Shown here in pieces: positions 8,831-18,860 of a stretch of DNA of 64,000 nucleotides. The translations under genes and the position numbers were made by a program. The stretch is taken from assembly GCA_964610335.1 (NCBI GenBank), contig CAZSVP010000003.1, positions 77,531 through 141,530 of the forward strand, read 5' to 3'. The notes beneath the pieces are model-generated. The model was not told where the DNA came from and made no database searches. It saw only the letters and a list, made by a program, of their open reading frames with translations. This DNA is from an uncultured Candidatus Saccharibacteria bacterium (GTDB lineage Bacteria; Patescibacteriota; Saccharimonadia; CAILAD01; BJGX01). How positions within the stretch are numbered: position 1 is the stretch's first letter; every line of letters begins with the position of its first letter.

Positions 8831-10657
8831 TTAGCGCTGATTGTTGTGGCGCTTGCGCTCGTGAGGGCTCAGGTAGCGCTTACGAATGCGCAAATTCTCA
8901 GGCGTTACCTCCAGTAGCTCGTCACTTTCAATAAAGTCCAAGGCCTGCTCCAAGCTTAGCTCAGTATAAGGAGTAAGTTTGATGGCGTCATCTGACCCAC
9001 TAGCGCGTACATTGGTCAATTTCTTCTCGCGAACAACATTGATCTCCATGTCATCAGATCGAGTGTTGAGACCAATTACCATACCAGCATACACCTGTGT
9101 GCCAGGGCCGATTAAGGCAGTGCCACGAGCCTCAACTGTTTGGAGACTATAAGGTGTAGCAGTACCGTTTTCGGCGGCTATCAGAGCACCATTGCGCAGT
9201 TGTTGCAAGCTAGGACCGGCTGGAGCGTAGCCAATCGAGAGAGAATTCATAATTACAGTGCCCTTGGTGGCGGTAAGCAGTACATTGCGCAAACCCAGTA
9301 GAGTACGGGTAGGTAGCTCATATACCAGCTCACTGGTACCCTTAGTGGTGGCTCGCTGACTGGTAGCACTGGCGCGGCGCTGGCCAAGCTCACTCTGGAC
9401 CGCACCGACATACTGATCTGGTACTTCAATGGTAAGCTCTTCGATTGGCTCTTCGATCTCGCCATCAACTTCGCGGGTTACTACCTGTGGACGGCCCACC
9501 TCAAGCTCAAAGCCTTCGCGGCGCATAGTCTCTATCAAGACTGATAGATGGAGCTCACCACGTCCAGATACGACAAACTGTGTATCGCGCTCATCTACCA
9601 GCAAACCAATATTTGTTTCCAGCTCCTTATGCAAGCGCTCGGCTATCTGTCGGCTTGTAGTGTATTTACCTTCCTTGCCAGCAAACGGTGAGGTATTGGG
9701 GCCAATTGCTATCTGAAGTGTAGGTGGAGCAATAGCCATACTAGGAAGTGCTTCGGGGTTACTTGGGTCGGCGATAGTAGTACCTATCACAGCATTGTCT
9801 ATACCAGTTGCAGCTATGATATCACCAGCATGTGCCTCGGCTACTTCCACACGATTAAGACCCTGATTGACGAACACCTTATCTACCTTGGCAGCAGCTG
9901 GTTTGCCGTCGGCAGTTACCACAACTATTGATTGACCTGCCTTCAGCTTGCCGCGACGAATACGACCGATACAGTACTTACCCTGATAACTATCCCAATC
10001 TAGAGCTGTCACCAACATTTGCAGCGGTGCCTCTATATCAGTGGCTGGTGCTGGTATGTGATTGAGTATTGCTTCAAAGATTGGTGTCAGATCAGCTGTG
10101 ATGGTCATATCGGCAGGGATCTCACTCCAAGCTACGCCATCGCGACCAATTGCGTAGTAGATTGGGAATTCTAGTTGGTCATCTTGAGTTGCTAGGTCTA
10201 AGAATAAGTTACCGATTTCCTCCTCGACCTCTGATATACGAGCATCACGCTTGTCGATCTTATTGATCACTACTACTGGTTTGAGGCCCAGCTCGAGGGC
10301 TTTTTGGAGTACAAACTTAGTTTGGGGCATCGGGCCCTCTTGGGCATCGACAATCAGTAGCACGCCATCAGCCATGTTGAGTGTGCGCTCCACTTCACCA
10401 CTGAAGTCAGCGTGGCCAGGTGTGTCGATGATGTTGATTTTGGTGTCACCGTATTGCACAGCCGTTTGTTTGGCAGATATGGTGATGCCTCGTTCTCGTT
10501 CTAGATCACCGGTGTCCAAAATAGTGGTTTGGCTCATCTCGGCTTGATGCTCCGAAAATGCATTGGATTGCTTAAGTAGCCCATCTACCAAGGTAGTTTT
10601 ACCGTGGTCGACATGGGCGATAATAGCAATATTGCGGATGTTTTGGGTGTTCGGCAT
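8831..10657 (-). CDS. typA: Translational GTPase TypA/BipA
   Basis: [49 protein letters not shown]. Confidence 0.98.
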   Translation of the reverse strand: MPNTQNIRNIAIIAHVDHGKTTLVDGLLKQSNAFSEHQAEMSQTTILDTGDLERERGITISAKQTAVQYGDTKINIIDTPGHADFSGEVERTLNMADGVLLIVDAQEGPMPQTKFVLQKALELGLKPVVVINKIDKRDARISEVEEEIGNLFLDLATQDDQLEFPIYYAIGRDGVAWSEIPADMTITADLTPIFEAILNHIPAPATDIEAPLQMLVTALDWDSYQGKYCIGRIRRGKLKAGQSIVVVTADGKPAAAKVDKVFVNQGLNRVEVAEAHAGDIIAATGIDNAVIGTTIADPSNPEALPSMAIAPPTLQIAIGPNTSPFAGKEGKYTTSRQIAERLHKELETNIGLLVDERDTQFVVSGRGELHLSVLIETMRREGFELEVGRPQVVTREVDGEIEEPIEELTIEVPDQYVGAVQSELGQRRASATSQRATTKGTSELVYELPTRTLLGLRNVLLTATKGTVIMNSLSIGYAPAGPSLQQLRNGALIAAENGTATPYSLQTVEARGTALIGPGTQVYAGMVIGLNTRSDDMEINVVREKKLTNVRASGSDDAIKLTPYTELSLEQALDFIESDELLEVTPENLRIRKRYLSPHERKRHNNQR

Positions 10658-10779
10658 AGTAGTAAAAAATAAAGCCCCGAGATGTGAGACTTAGTTAGTT
10701 AGCCAACTATAGCATAAAAACAGCTATAAGTCTACATAATGACTTGTGACTGATATTTAGCAACAAGCCGGAACCCCAC

Positions 10780-11136
10780 TCAAGTGGGATCCCGAGCGGG
10801 GTTGGGTAGGGAGTCGGTGTTGGACTCGTTTGGCTTTGTCAGGTCAATAACTCGACCGATAGTATCGCTTAGCTTTCTCAGATCGATGATCTGGGGAAGC
10901 CGCCAGACGGGCTTGAGATCGCGAGTAGCCACGTCGTAGATGACCAGTCCGTGCTTGTGCAAGATCTCAAGTGCCTCAGCTCCTCGTTCTACCGCTAGGG
11001 CGATGTCGGTGGGGTTGGTGAACAGGCTGCCTTTCTCGGTAGCCAGCGACCACAACTCTTGGTAGAGTTCCAGTACGCTGTCGCGCAATTCCTCTGCAAT
11101 GTTCTGCGGATCAATGGGGAATGGATGTTCTGTCAT
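10780..11136 (-). CDS. Hypothetical protein, orphan
   Basis: ATG (MTEHPF) preceded by agggag; GC-richer codon usage. Confidence 0.6.
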   Translation of the reverse strand: MTEHPFPIDPQNIAEELRDSVLELYQELWSLATEKGSLFTNPTDIALAVERGAEALEILHKHGLVIYDVATRDLKPVWRLPQIIDLRKLSDTIGRVIDLTKPNESNTDSLPNPARDPT

Positions 11137-11283
11137 GGCTCTGCTCTCCCTATGTCTAGAACCATGCCGCTTGCACTTAGTATTGTGCGCTTGTGTTCTC
11201 AGCATTACAAGTGAATTTATGTATAACTTCGAAACCCCCTCGGGGAGGGAGCTCCGAAGGGGCTTTGGTGATGGGCGTAGGCC

Positions 11284-11883
11284 CTAGTGAATTGCTGCTT
11301 GGAGGCGTGTTAGACCATAGGCAAGGCTCAAGCGCTTTGGGCTGAATGGCACCCAGAGTCGAACATCTACGGCCTCGGCTGATCCAAAGGCCGGTACGGC
11401 TACGATTGCGAAGACCATTGGAGCATGATTGAGAGCCATAATTGGTGCCAATTCATGCCAGGTTTGTTTGGCATAGATCTGGTTGTAGCTGGCATGAAGC
11501 ACCGGTGGCTTGAGAGCACTAATTCGAGCCAAGGATGCTTCTGCTTCCTCAAACGGTTGCTTGCTGCAGTCCATCACTCTCAATTGCGCTGTGTCTGGGT
11601 TGCTGGGATCGACGTACAACCCAATTGCTCGTACTACATCGAGTGCCTGCTCGCCACTATCTTGTAGTACTGCGCCATCGAGCGTGACATCGTGCTCGGC
11701 ATCCACAAATCCAACTCCGTGATGCACCGCATAGAACAGAATCGCTGCTTCGGTCTGAGCCTCGTCGATGAAATAGTGCTGCTCGGGTTGGCAGCGAAGC
11801 ACCTTTATCTCGTTGGTCACCGGCTTTGTTGGTCGAGCTGCTGGCAGGGTTGGAGCCGTCTGCTTTCTTCTGGATCGCGCCAC
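11284..11883 (-). CDS. Hypothetical protein, orphan
   Basis: GTG start with SD ggaggt; 199-aa ORF followed by a hairpin at ~11231-11266. Confidence 0.7.
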   Translation of the reverse strand: MARSRRKQTAPTLPAARPTKPVTNEIKVLRCQPEQHYFIDEAQTEAAILFYAVHHGVGFVDAEHDVTLDGAVLQDSGEQALDVVRAIGLYVDPSNPDTAQLRVMDCSKQPFEEAEASLARISALKPPVLHASYNQIYAKQTWHELAPIMALNHAPMVFAIVAVPAFGSAEAVDVRLWVPFSPKRLSLAYGLTRLQAAIH

Positions 11884-12021
11884 GATTACCTCCCAATGTA
11901 TTGGATCGTGAGTCTGTCAAGGACTGTGAGCTGTTATAGCATAGTCGGATCTGATGACGCAATGGGTTGGCAAATAATGGTAGAATATTGGTACAAGATT
12001 TAGTAGCCAATGGAGGGCAGT

Positions 12022-12534
12022 ATGTCCAAGAAGAAATCCAAGAAAAAACGCGCTGCCCAAAAGAAGCAGCACAACAAGAAACAAATACAACAGCAAGCAG
12101 GGTTAATCGAGCCAGGGGAGGTTGTAGAATCGGAAAAGCAACAGATTGCTGAAGAGGACATCGATCAATCTAGCGAAACTCCCGAAGCTCTAGTTGCTGA
12201 TATTACTGAAGAATCTGAGGAGCCTATCCCCCGCCATCCCATTTCTCAGCGCAAGATTGCAGTCGCATTACTCGTAGTTATTGGTTTGCTGCTATTAGTA
12301 ATTGGCTATTTTGTAGTTAGCTACAATACCACTAACCATCAGGAACAACTCAAAAGCCAAGATTCACTATTACAGGTCAAGCCAAGTGATGAAAACAGTT
12401 TGCAACCAGCTACTGGTACTGATGGTACAAACCCACAGACTACCAATGATCCAGGTCAGAACAGTAGTAGTGCCCAGGAGCTTCAACCACAAAGTTCTCC
12501 TACACAACAAGAGCTCAACCAACAAGATCAATAG
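12022..12534 (+). CDS. Single-pass membrane protein with basic N-terminus and Gln/Ser-rich tail
   Basis: SD ggaggg before MSKKKSKK; one TM (IAVALLVVIGLLLLVIGYFVV). Confidence 0.8.
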   Translation: MSKKKSKKKRAAQKKQHNKKQIQQQAGLIEPGEVVESEKQQIAEEDIDQSSETPEALVADITEESEEPIPRHPISQRKIAVALLVVIGLLLLVIGYFVVSYNTTNHQEQLKSQDSLLQVKPSDENSLQPATGTDGTNPQTTNDPGQNSSSAQELQPQSSPTQQELNQQDQ

Positions 12535-12586
12535 TGGCGCTTAAGCTGTAAAAATTGCTGCTTTTCTGGTACTATAAGCTGCATTT

Positions 12587-14257
12587 ATGAAACAAGCTAT
12601 CAAAGACAAGTTGGGTGCAGGAGTAATCGCCTCAGTCAGAAAGTGGGGTGGTTTAGGTGTATTGAGCCTAGCCTTGGCAATAATCATCATAGATACTACC
12701 CTGCTCAATGTGAGTCTTGGCCCGATCATCAAGGATCTCAACACTGATCTTACGGGCGTGCAATGGGTGATTACACTTTATGCTCTGGTCTTAGCCTCAT
12801 TTACAATTGCCGGCGGACGCCTTGGTGATTTGTTTGGTCGACGCAAGATGTTTGTGCTTGGCGCACTTATATTTGCGGCCGGGAGTTTTCTGGCATCAAT
12901 CTCGCACTCACTCGGTTATATGATCGCTGGTGAAGCAATTATCGAAGGGTTTGGCGCTGCATTGATGCTACCTGCAACTTCAAGTTTGCTGCTTACTACT
13001 TTTAAGGGTCGTGAACGTGCCATAGCATTTGGAGTTTGGGGTGGTGTGGCTGGTGCGGCTAGTGCTGTTGGGCCAATATTGGGAGGCTGGCTTACCACTA
13101 CCTACAGTTGGCGTTGGGGATTTCGAATCAACGTATTTGTAGCTGCTTTGGTATTGGTGGGGGCAATTTTTTTCCTCAAGGAATCCCGTGACACAAAAGA
13201 GAAGAAGCAGCTTGATGGCATAGGTATAGCACTAAGCTCTGCCGGATTGTTAGCAGTAGTATTTGGCATTATTGAGTCAGCGACTTATGGCTGGTGGAAA
13301 GCCAAGGAGATATTTAGCATTGGTGGTCAACAGATAGCCATGCCATTTGGCCTGTCGGTAACACCAGTTGCTATAGTGATTGGATTATATCTGCTGGCGA
13401 TGTTTGTTGTTTACGAAAGAATTCGCGAAAGTCGTGGCAAGACGCCACTGGTTTCAATCGGTATATTTCGCAATTGGCAGTTTAGCTCTGGTTTGCTGAC
13501 ACTGGCAGTCATGTCGCTAAGTCTAACAGGGCTGATCTTTGCCTTGCCAGTGTACTTTCAGGCAGTGCGTGGACAAGATGCTTTCCATACTGGCATGAGT
13601 TTGTTACCGCTATCAATCAGTCTTTTCATCGCCAGCCCAGTAGCCATAGTGCTAACAAAGTTCATGACTCCCAAGCGGATTATCCAACTCGGATTGGCGC
13701 TTACGGTTGTAGGGGTAATACTTATCAACTCTGGTATTTCAGTCGAGGGTACTACCGCTGCCATGTTGTGGGGACTAATTGTTTTTGGCGTGGCGATGGG
13801 GTTTGTCCAAAGCCAAATCAACAACCTCACGCTCTCGGCTGTTTCTGTTAGCCAAGCAGGTGAAGCCAGCGGTATTAGTGGTACATCGCGTCAGCTGGGT
13901 AGTAGTTTTGGATCCGCCATAATCGGTGCTGTGGTGCTGGCAACTCTCACTGCCAGCTTGGCTACGGGCGTAGCAAACAGCAGTGTGATTCCCGATGCTT
14001 TTAAGGCCAAGGCTCAGGAGGCAATAACAGCACAAAGCTCAGCAGTAGAATTTGGTGCTACTCCACAGTTGGGGCCTATGATCCCAAAAGCAATTACCGA
14101 TGAAGTCAAGAACATTGCCAATCAAGCTGCTGTCGATGGTGTGAAGCGAGGTCTCGACTTTGCACTGGTGTTTGCAGTGGCCAGCTTTTTTGTGGCCCTC
14201 GGTTTGCCAAACAAACGCAATCTAGAAACTGCTGAGTCGCCAGTCGCCAAACATTAG
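12587..14257 (+). CDS. MFS efflux transporter, DHA2 (EmrB/QacA) family
   Basis: DTTLLNVSL, WVITLY, GRLGDLFGRRK, GPILGG, WRWGFRINV; about 14 TM segments. Confidence 0.95.
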   Translation: MKQAIKDKLGAGVIASVRKWGGLGVLSLALAIIIIDTTLLNVSLGPIIKDLNTDLTGVQWVITLYALVLASFTIAGGRLGDLFGRRKMFVLGALIFAAGSFLASISHSLGYMIAGEAIIEGFGAALMLPATSSLLLTTFKGRERAIAFGVWGGVAGAASAVGPILGGWLTTTYSWRWGFRINVFVAALVLVGAIFFLKESRDTKEKKQLDGIGIALSSAGLLAVVFGIIESATYGWWKAKEIFSIGGQQIAMPFGLSVTPVAIVIGLYLLAMFVVYERIRESRGKTPLVSIGIFRNWQFSSGLLTLAVMSLSLTGLIFALPVYFQAVRGQDAFHTGMSLLPLSISLFIASPVAIVLTKFMTPKRIIQLGLALTVVGVILINSGISVEGTTAAMLWGLIVFGVAMGFVQSQINNLTLSAVSVSQAGEASGISGTSRQLGSSFGSAIIGAVVLATLTASLATGVANSSVIPDAFKAKAQEAITAQSSAVEFGATPQLGPMIPKAITDEVKNIANQAAVDGVKRGLDFALVFAVASFFVALGLPNKRNLETAESPVAKH

Positions 14258-14272
14258 CTTATACTAGTCATT

Positions 14273-16060
14273 ATGAAACAAATGTGGAAAATAATTCGAT
14301 ATTCCAGTAAGCTTTGGCCCTTCTACTTGTCGGCCACGGTTTTGGTGGTGATATTGGCTTTACTGAACTTAGTGACCCCATTCCTGACCAAAGGCTTGGT
14401 CGATGGGCTAACCACTCGATTTGGTGGCGGCAATGTCGACAATAGTTACTTCATAATACTTCTACTACTGATGCTAGGAGCCAATGTAGTAATTACACTG
14501 TTGGGTAATATCAACGGGTATATAGGTGACATTATGTCAGTTAAGCTAAACAACTTGCTTAGTGAGCGCTACTTTGCGCATCTGTTGAAACTGCCAATCA
14601 GCTACTATGACAACGAGATAACGGGTAAGATCACGGCGCGTCTTGATCGATCAATCGGTACTATCAGCACGCTTATGCAGACGCTTAGCAATAACTTCGT
14701 GCAGTTCTTTCTTACTACTTTTATCACTCTTGGTGTAATAGCGTTTTATTCTTGGCCAGTTGCTCTACTACTACTTATTATTTTCCCAGCATATATTTGG
14801 ATAACACACCTTAGCAGCAAGGCCTGGCAAGCCAAGCAGGAGGGGATCAACCAAGATCGTGATGTTGCCAATGGCCGGTTTGTAGAGAGCATTGGCCAGG
14901 TGCGGGTGGTTAAGTCCTACGTCACTGAGCTGCGTGAGCTGGGGTTCTTTAGCCGTCGTCGCCAGGCAATTGTTGGTCAGACCAAAGCTCAGTCCAGTCA
15001 GTGGCATCGCTATGATGTTATGCGCCAGCTTATTTTGAACCTGGTGTTTTTTGGTATATACGCAGTCATAATATTCCAAAGCCTCAACGGTGCCTACGGG
15101 CTGGGCACCGTGGTACTCTTGATCACTCTGGTCAACCAGGCTCAATGGCCATTGTTTGGTAGCAGCTTTATAGTCGATGCCTTGCAGCGAGCCACCGCTG
15201 ATAGCAAAGATTACTTTGCAGTTATGGATACCGAGCCAAATATCTCTGACCAAGCCAGCGCCAAGAAACTCAAGGTAAGCAAAGGGTTGGTAGAATATCA
15301 CAAGGTCGACTTTAGTTACGATGATAGTCATAAGGTCCTACGCGATGTAAGTTTTGCCATCAAACCCGGCTCCAAGCTAGCATTGGTAGGTGAATCTGGT
15401 GAAGGCAAGAGCACGCTGGCCAACCTGATGCTACGATTCTATGAAGTGACGGGTGGTAGTATCAAGATAGACGGTCAGGATATCAATCACATCACTCAAA
15501 CCAGCTTGCGCGAGTCTATTGGTGTGGTGTTCCAAGAAGCCCAACTTTTCTCAGGCACGGTGCGTGACAACATAGCCTATGCACGGCCCAAGGTCAGTGA
15601 GAAGGAGTTGGTTGCTGCCGCTAGAGCTGCCAATGCCTACGATTTTATACGCAAACTGCCCAAGGGCTTTGATACTCAGATTGGTGAGCGTGGGGTGAAA
15701 CTTAGCGGTGGCCAGAAGCAACGCATCGCCATAGCTCGTGCAATTCTCAAAGATGCGCCAATATTGATTCTAGATGAAGCCACCAGTAGCCTAGATAGCA
15801 AGGCTGAGCACGAGGTTCAAGAGGCCCTGGAGCGGCTTATGCAGAACCGTACTACCATGATCATCGCTCACCGCTTGAGCACTATCGCTGCAGTTGATAC
15901 TGTAGTCGGTATTCGTGGTGGTAAGGTGGCTGAGATAGGCTCTCCCGAGCAGCTAGCCAAACGCAAAGATGGTATTTACTCAGAGCTACTTCGTCTCCAG
16001 ACTATGCCAGTTACCGAGAAGCGCAAAGCCGAACTCAAGAAGTTCGATATGGCAATGTAG
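14273..16060 (+). CDS. ABC exporter, fused TMD-NBD (MsbA/MdlB-like)
   Basis: Walker A GESGEGKST, signature LSGGQKQR, Walker B ILDEATSSLD, AHRLST. Confidence 0.95.
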   Translation: MKQMWKIIRYSSKLWPFYLSATVLVVILALLNLVTPFLTKGLVDGLTTRFGGGNVDNSYFIILLLLMLGANVVITLLGNINGYIGDIMSVKLNNLLSERYFAHLLKLPISYYDNEITGKITARLDRSIGTISTLMQTLSNNFVQFFLTTFITLGVIAFYSWPVALLLLIIFPAYIWITHLSSKAWQAKQEGINQDRDVANGRFVESIGQVRVVKSYVTELRELGFFSRRRQAIVGQTKAQSSQWHRYDVMRQLILNLVFFGIYAVIIFQSLNGAYGLGTVVLLITLVNQAQWPLFGSSFIVDALQRATADSKDYFAVMDTEPNISDQASAKKLKVSKGLVEYHKVDFSYDDSHKVLRDVSFAIKPGSKLALVGESGEGKSTLANLMLRFYEVTGGSIKIDGQDINHITQTSLRESIGVVFQEAQLFSGTVRDNIAYARPKVSEKELVAAARAANAYDFIRKLPKGFDTQIGERGVKLSGGQKQRIAIARAILKDAPILILDEATSSLDSKAEHEVQEALERLMQNRTTMIIAHRLSTIAAVDTVVGIRGGKVAEIGSPEQLAKRKDGIYSELLRLQTMPVTEKRKAELKKFDMAM

Positions 16061-16067
16061 CTTGTGC

Positions 16068-16096
16068 TTGCCAGTGCACACTGTTTGTACTAGTAT
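16068..16096 (+). promoter_or_regulatory. Sigma70-type promoter firing into a hairpin-dense non-coding region
   Basis: TTGCCA-17 nt-TAGTAT. Confidence 0.6.
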
Positions 16097-16102
16097 ATCT
16101 TC

Positions 16103-16690
16103 CAGCAATCACGGGCCTTCGGGCCTGTGCTCGTCCTAGGAAGTGATTTGTGGTCTGCAAACCACGATAATCCTTTCTGGGGCCGCGATACGCAACTCGC
16201 GGCGTGAGTCGGGCTAGTCACCTGATTCGACTTCGACCTACGCGACGGTCGGTGTGAGTCCAGCCTTCACAAAGCTCCAAAAGGGCAAGCTGGCGTAAGG
16301 ACATGATGCTGTCCGGTGGGCTACGTTAAACCCCACGGGGGTTGCTCCCTACTGCTTTTCCCGCTTTTGCAGTAAAAAGAACACAAAGTGGTAGCTATTT
16401 GGCATTTTCTTGCTATGAAACGAAAAGCCGTAGTGGGTGGAATAGGTCTGTGACAAGACCGAAAAACCCCGGGAGTACGTGAACTCCAAGTTCGTAATTC
16501 GATTGCAGTGTGACTGCGAGTGAGAACGCATCGGTTCGTATTAGTGGGCGGTCAAGCTCCGGCCCCGTCTCGGTACGAATACTCATTCAAAAGACACTAA
16601 GCAGTTGAAATACGCGCGAGCCTTCACTTGGTTTCGATCAGGTGTCGAAAGCCGGTTCGGGTCCTTCGGGATCCGGCCGGCGCTTTCGTT
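16103..16690 (+). ncRNA. Candidate ~590-nt multi-hairpin non-coding RNA (or very long leader) of unknown family
   Basis: About 15 consecutive hairpins, UUCG tetraloops at both ends, recurring TACGYRA loops, G-U wobbles on + strand, no credible ORF. Confidence 0.6.
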
Positions 16691-16761
16691 ATAATCATAT
16701 TTTTGCTACAATCCAAGCCACCATTGGGCTTGATGCGGGCGGAACCACAACCGAGGTACCA

Positions 16762-17091
16762 ATGGAGCTTTACAATTTTCCCAAGCGTGGTGAACTGCGT
16801 ACCAAACTCAAGCAAGTTTGGCCAGCTCGTGAGTACGATGGCTTGATCGAACGAGTCGCCAGGCTGGCTGAAAAGCCAGTCACGCCAGATGGCCTGTTGG
16901 CTGCTCTCAGCTTGGCCATCGAAGACTTCGTGGCTGACACTGATCGCAGCGCTGATTTTCGTGCCGCGGCCTATGCCAATCTGCCAGCGGTGATTCGTGT
17001 GTTGCTGACCGATTCCCAGATGCGCAATCTGGCTCTCAACGAGTATGTCAGCATGCATCAGCGGCTGTTGCAGATCGAAACAAGCCAATAA
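16762..17091 (+). CDS. Hypothetical helical protein, orphan
   Basis: SD gaggt before ATG 16762 (MELYNFPKRG); the upstream GTG extension reads through an RNA hairpin. Confidence 0.65.
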   Translation: MELYNFPKRGELRTKLKQVWPAREYDGLIERVARLAEKPVTPDGLLAALSLAIEDFVADTDRSADFRAAAYANLPAVIRVLLTDSQMRNLALNEYVSMHQRLLQIETSQ

Positions 17092-17214
17092 CTTACCGGC
17101 CAACCAGGCTGTTCCCTGGTTGAAAGTACCTTGGCAGCTAGTGTCGGTCTAGTTGCCACAAAACGGGCAACGTGGGGTGCCCCAAAAGGCACCCCACGGG
17201 CCTGTGCCGAACCT

Positions 17215-17340
17215 TTGACTCTTATCTTATAATCTGGTATCATAGAGCTCACTTACATTATTTAACAAACCCATTTGCCGTTGAATCCTGTTCCGGTTAT
17301 TTTGCCGGAATCGAGGCAAGTGTGAAGAAAGAAGGAATCA
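17215..17340 (+). promoter_or_regulatory. rpsB promoter and structured 5' leader (possible S2 autoregulatory element)
   Basis: TTGACT-17-TATCAT; leader hairpin ttccgg/ccggaa nested in ttgcc/ggcaa; rpsB leaders are commonly autoregulatory. Confidence 0.55.
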
Positions 17341-18237
17341 ATGCCAACAAGTAAAAAAGCTGAAGGCGAAAGCCCAAAGCAAGAAGAAAAAACTACTGCA
17401 AAAACTGCAGCTAAGAAACCAACTGTAAAAAAAACTGTCGCTAAGAAACCTGCCGCTGAGACAGCTACTGAGGCTAAGACCGTCAAGCCGGCGGCTAAAG
17501 TCAAGATAGATCCTATCTTGCACAAACTACTCGAGGCCGGTGCTCACTTTGGCCACCAATCGAGTCGCTGGAATCCTAAGATGGCCAAGTATATCTATAC
17601 TACGCGTGGTGGGGTACATATCATTGATCTAACACAAACTGCCCAGCAACTGGCTGTCGCTAAGAAATTTGTCGAAGATATCACCAAGAATGGTGGCAAG
17701 ATTTTGTTTGTGTCCACCAAACGTCAAGCCAAGGCAGCTGTGCAAGAAGCTGCTAAGTCAGCCAACATGCCATACGTAACCTATCGCTGGCTAGGTGGTA
17801 TGCTTACCAACCTTGAGACTATCCAAAAACGAGTTTTGCGACTCAAGAAGCTTCGTACCCAACAAGAAGAGACAAGCTTCGCTGGTATGAGTAAGAAGGA
17901 TCGTGCAGGCCTTGAGCGTGAGCTGGAACTGCTAGAACGAACATTTTCCGGTATTGCTGACATGGAAGTAGTGCCAGCGGCGGTGTTTGTGGTCGATATG
18001 CCACGAGAGCATACTGCCATACTCGAAGCTCGCAAACTTGACATCCCAGTCTTGGCTATTTGTGATACCAACGCTGACCCTGATGATGTTGATTACCCTA
18101 TTCCGGCCAATGATGATGCTATTTCTGCAATAAGCCTAATTACCAGCGAAATAGGCGCGGCTGCAGCTAGTGGCGCTGCTATTCACGCTACCAAAGTAGC
18201 CAAGGAGACACCAGTTAATCAAGGAGAGGACAAATAG
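17341..18237 (+). CDS. rpsB: 30S ribosomal protein S2 with ~55-aa Lys/Ala-rich N-terminal extension
   Basis: LLEAGAHFGH..RWNPKM, RWLGGMLTN, DTNADP, PANDDA. Confidence 0.98.
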   Translation: MPTSKKAEGESPKQEEKTTAKTAAKKPTVKKTVAKKPAAETATEAKTVKPAAKVKIDPILHKLLEAGAHFGHQSSRWNPKMAKYIYTTRGGVHIIDLTQTAQQLAVAKKFVEDITKNGGKILFVSTKRQAKAAVQEAAKSANMPYVTYRWLGGMLTNLETIQKRVLRLKKLRTQQEETSFAGMSKKDRAGLERELELLERTFSGIADMEVVPAAVFVVDMPREHTAILEARKLDIPVLAICDTNADPDDVDYPIPANDDAISAISLITSEIGAAAASGAAIHATKVAKETPVNQGEDK

Positions 18238-18831
18238 ATGACATTATCTGTTGAAGACATCAAGAAACTACGTGACAGCACTGGTGCTGGCATGATGGAT
18301 GCCAAGGGTGCGCTCGAAGAGGCTGGTGGCGATATGGCCAAGGCCCAAGAAATCCTTCGAGTCAAAGGTATTGCCAAGGCGGAGAAGAAATCAGATCGAG
18401 AAGCAAGTGCTGGCGTGGTAGAAGCCTACGTTCATGGCGGTAAGATTGGCGTATTAGTTGAAATCAATTCAGAGACTGACTTTGTGGCTCGTACCGATGA
18501 CTTTAAGGGCTTTGCTCACGATGTGGCTATGCACATCGCAGCTGCCAACCCGCTCTACCTTGATCGTGAATCAGTCCCGGCTGAAGTAGTCGACAAAGAG
18601 AAACAACTGATTACAGATGAGCTGACCGAGTCTGGTAAGCCTGCCGAACACCTCGACAAGATTGTCGAGGGTAAGCTTAGCAAGTTTTACGGCGAGGTAT
18701 GTCTTTTGGATCAAACATTTGTCAAGGATCCAGACCTGACAATTGAACAGCTACGTACCAACTTGGTAGCCAAGATTGGTGAAAACATTGTAATTCGCCG
18801 TTTTAATCGTATGGAGTTGGCTGGCGAGTAA
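18238..18831 (+). CDS. tsf: Elongation factor Ts (short form)
   Basis: IKKLRDSTGAGMMDAK, NSETDFVART, IGENIVIRRF. Confidence 0.97.
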   Translation: MTLSVEDIKKLRDSTGAGMMDAKGALEEAGGDMAKAQEILRVKGIAKAEKKSDREASAGVVEAYVHGGKIGVLVEINSETDFVARTDDFKGFAHDVAMHIAAANPLYLDRESVPAEVVDKEKQLITDELTESGKPAEHLDKIVEGKLSKFYGEVCLLDQTFVKDPDLTIEQLRTNLVAKIGENIVIRRFNRMELAGE

Positions 18832-18860
18832 GCGCTGAGACGGGTATACTTGATTTAACA

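Noticed and set aside
16103-16690. CRISPR array, group I/II intron or tmRNA
   Set aside because: No identical repeats with regular spacers, no domain V or P7 consensus seen; ggtttcga at ~16630 is only a local hairpin arm
16642-16761. GTG start giving a 149-aa protein
   Set aside because: The extension translates a UUCG hairpin (GSGPSGSG); ATG 16762 has an SD
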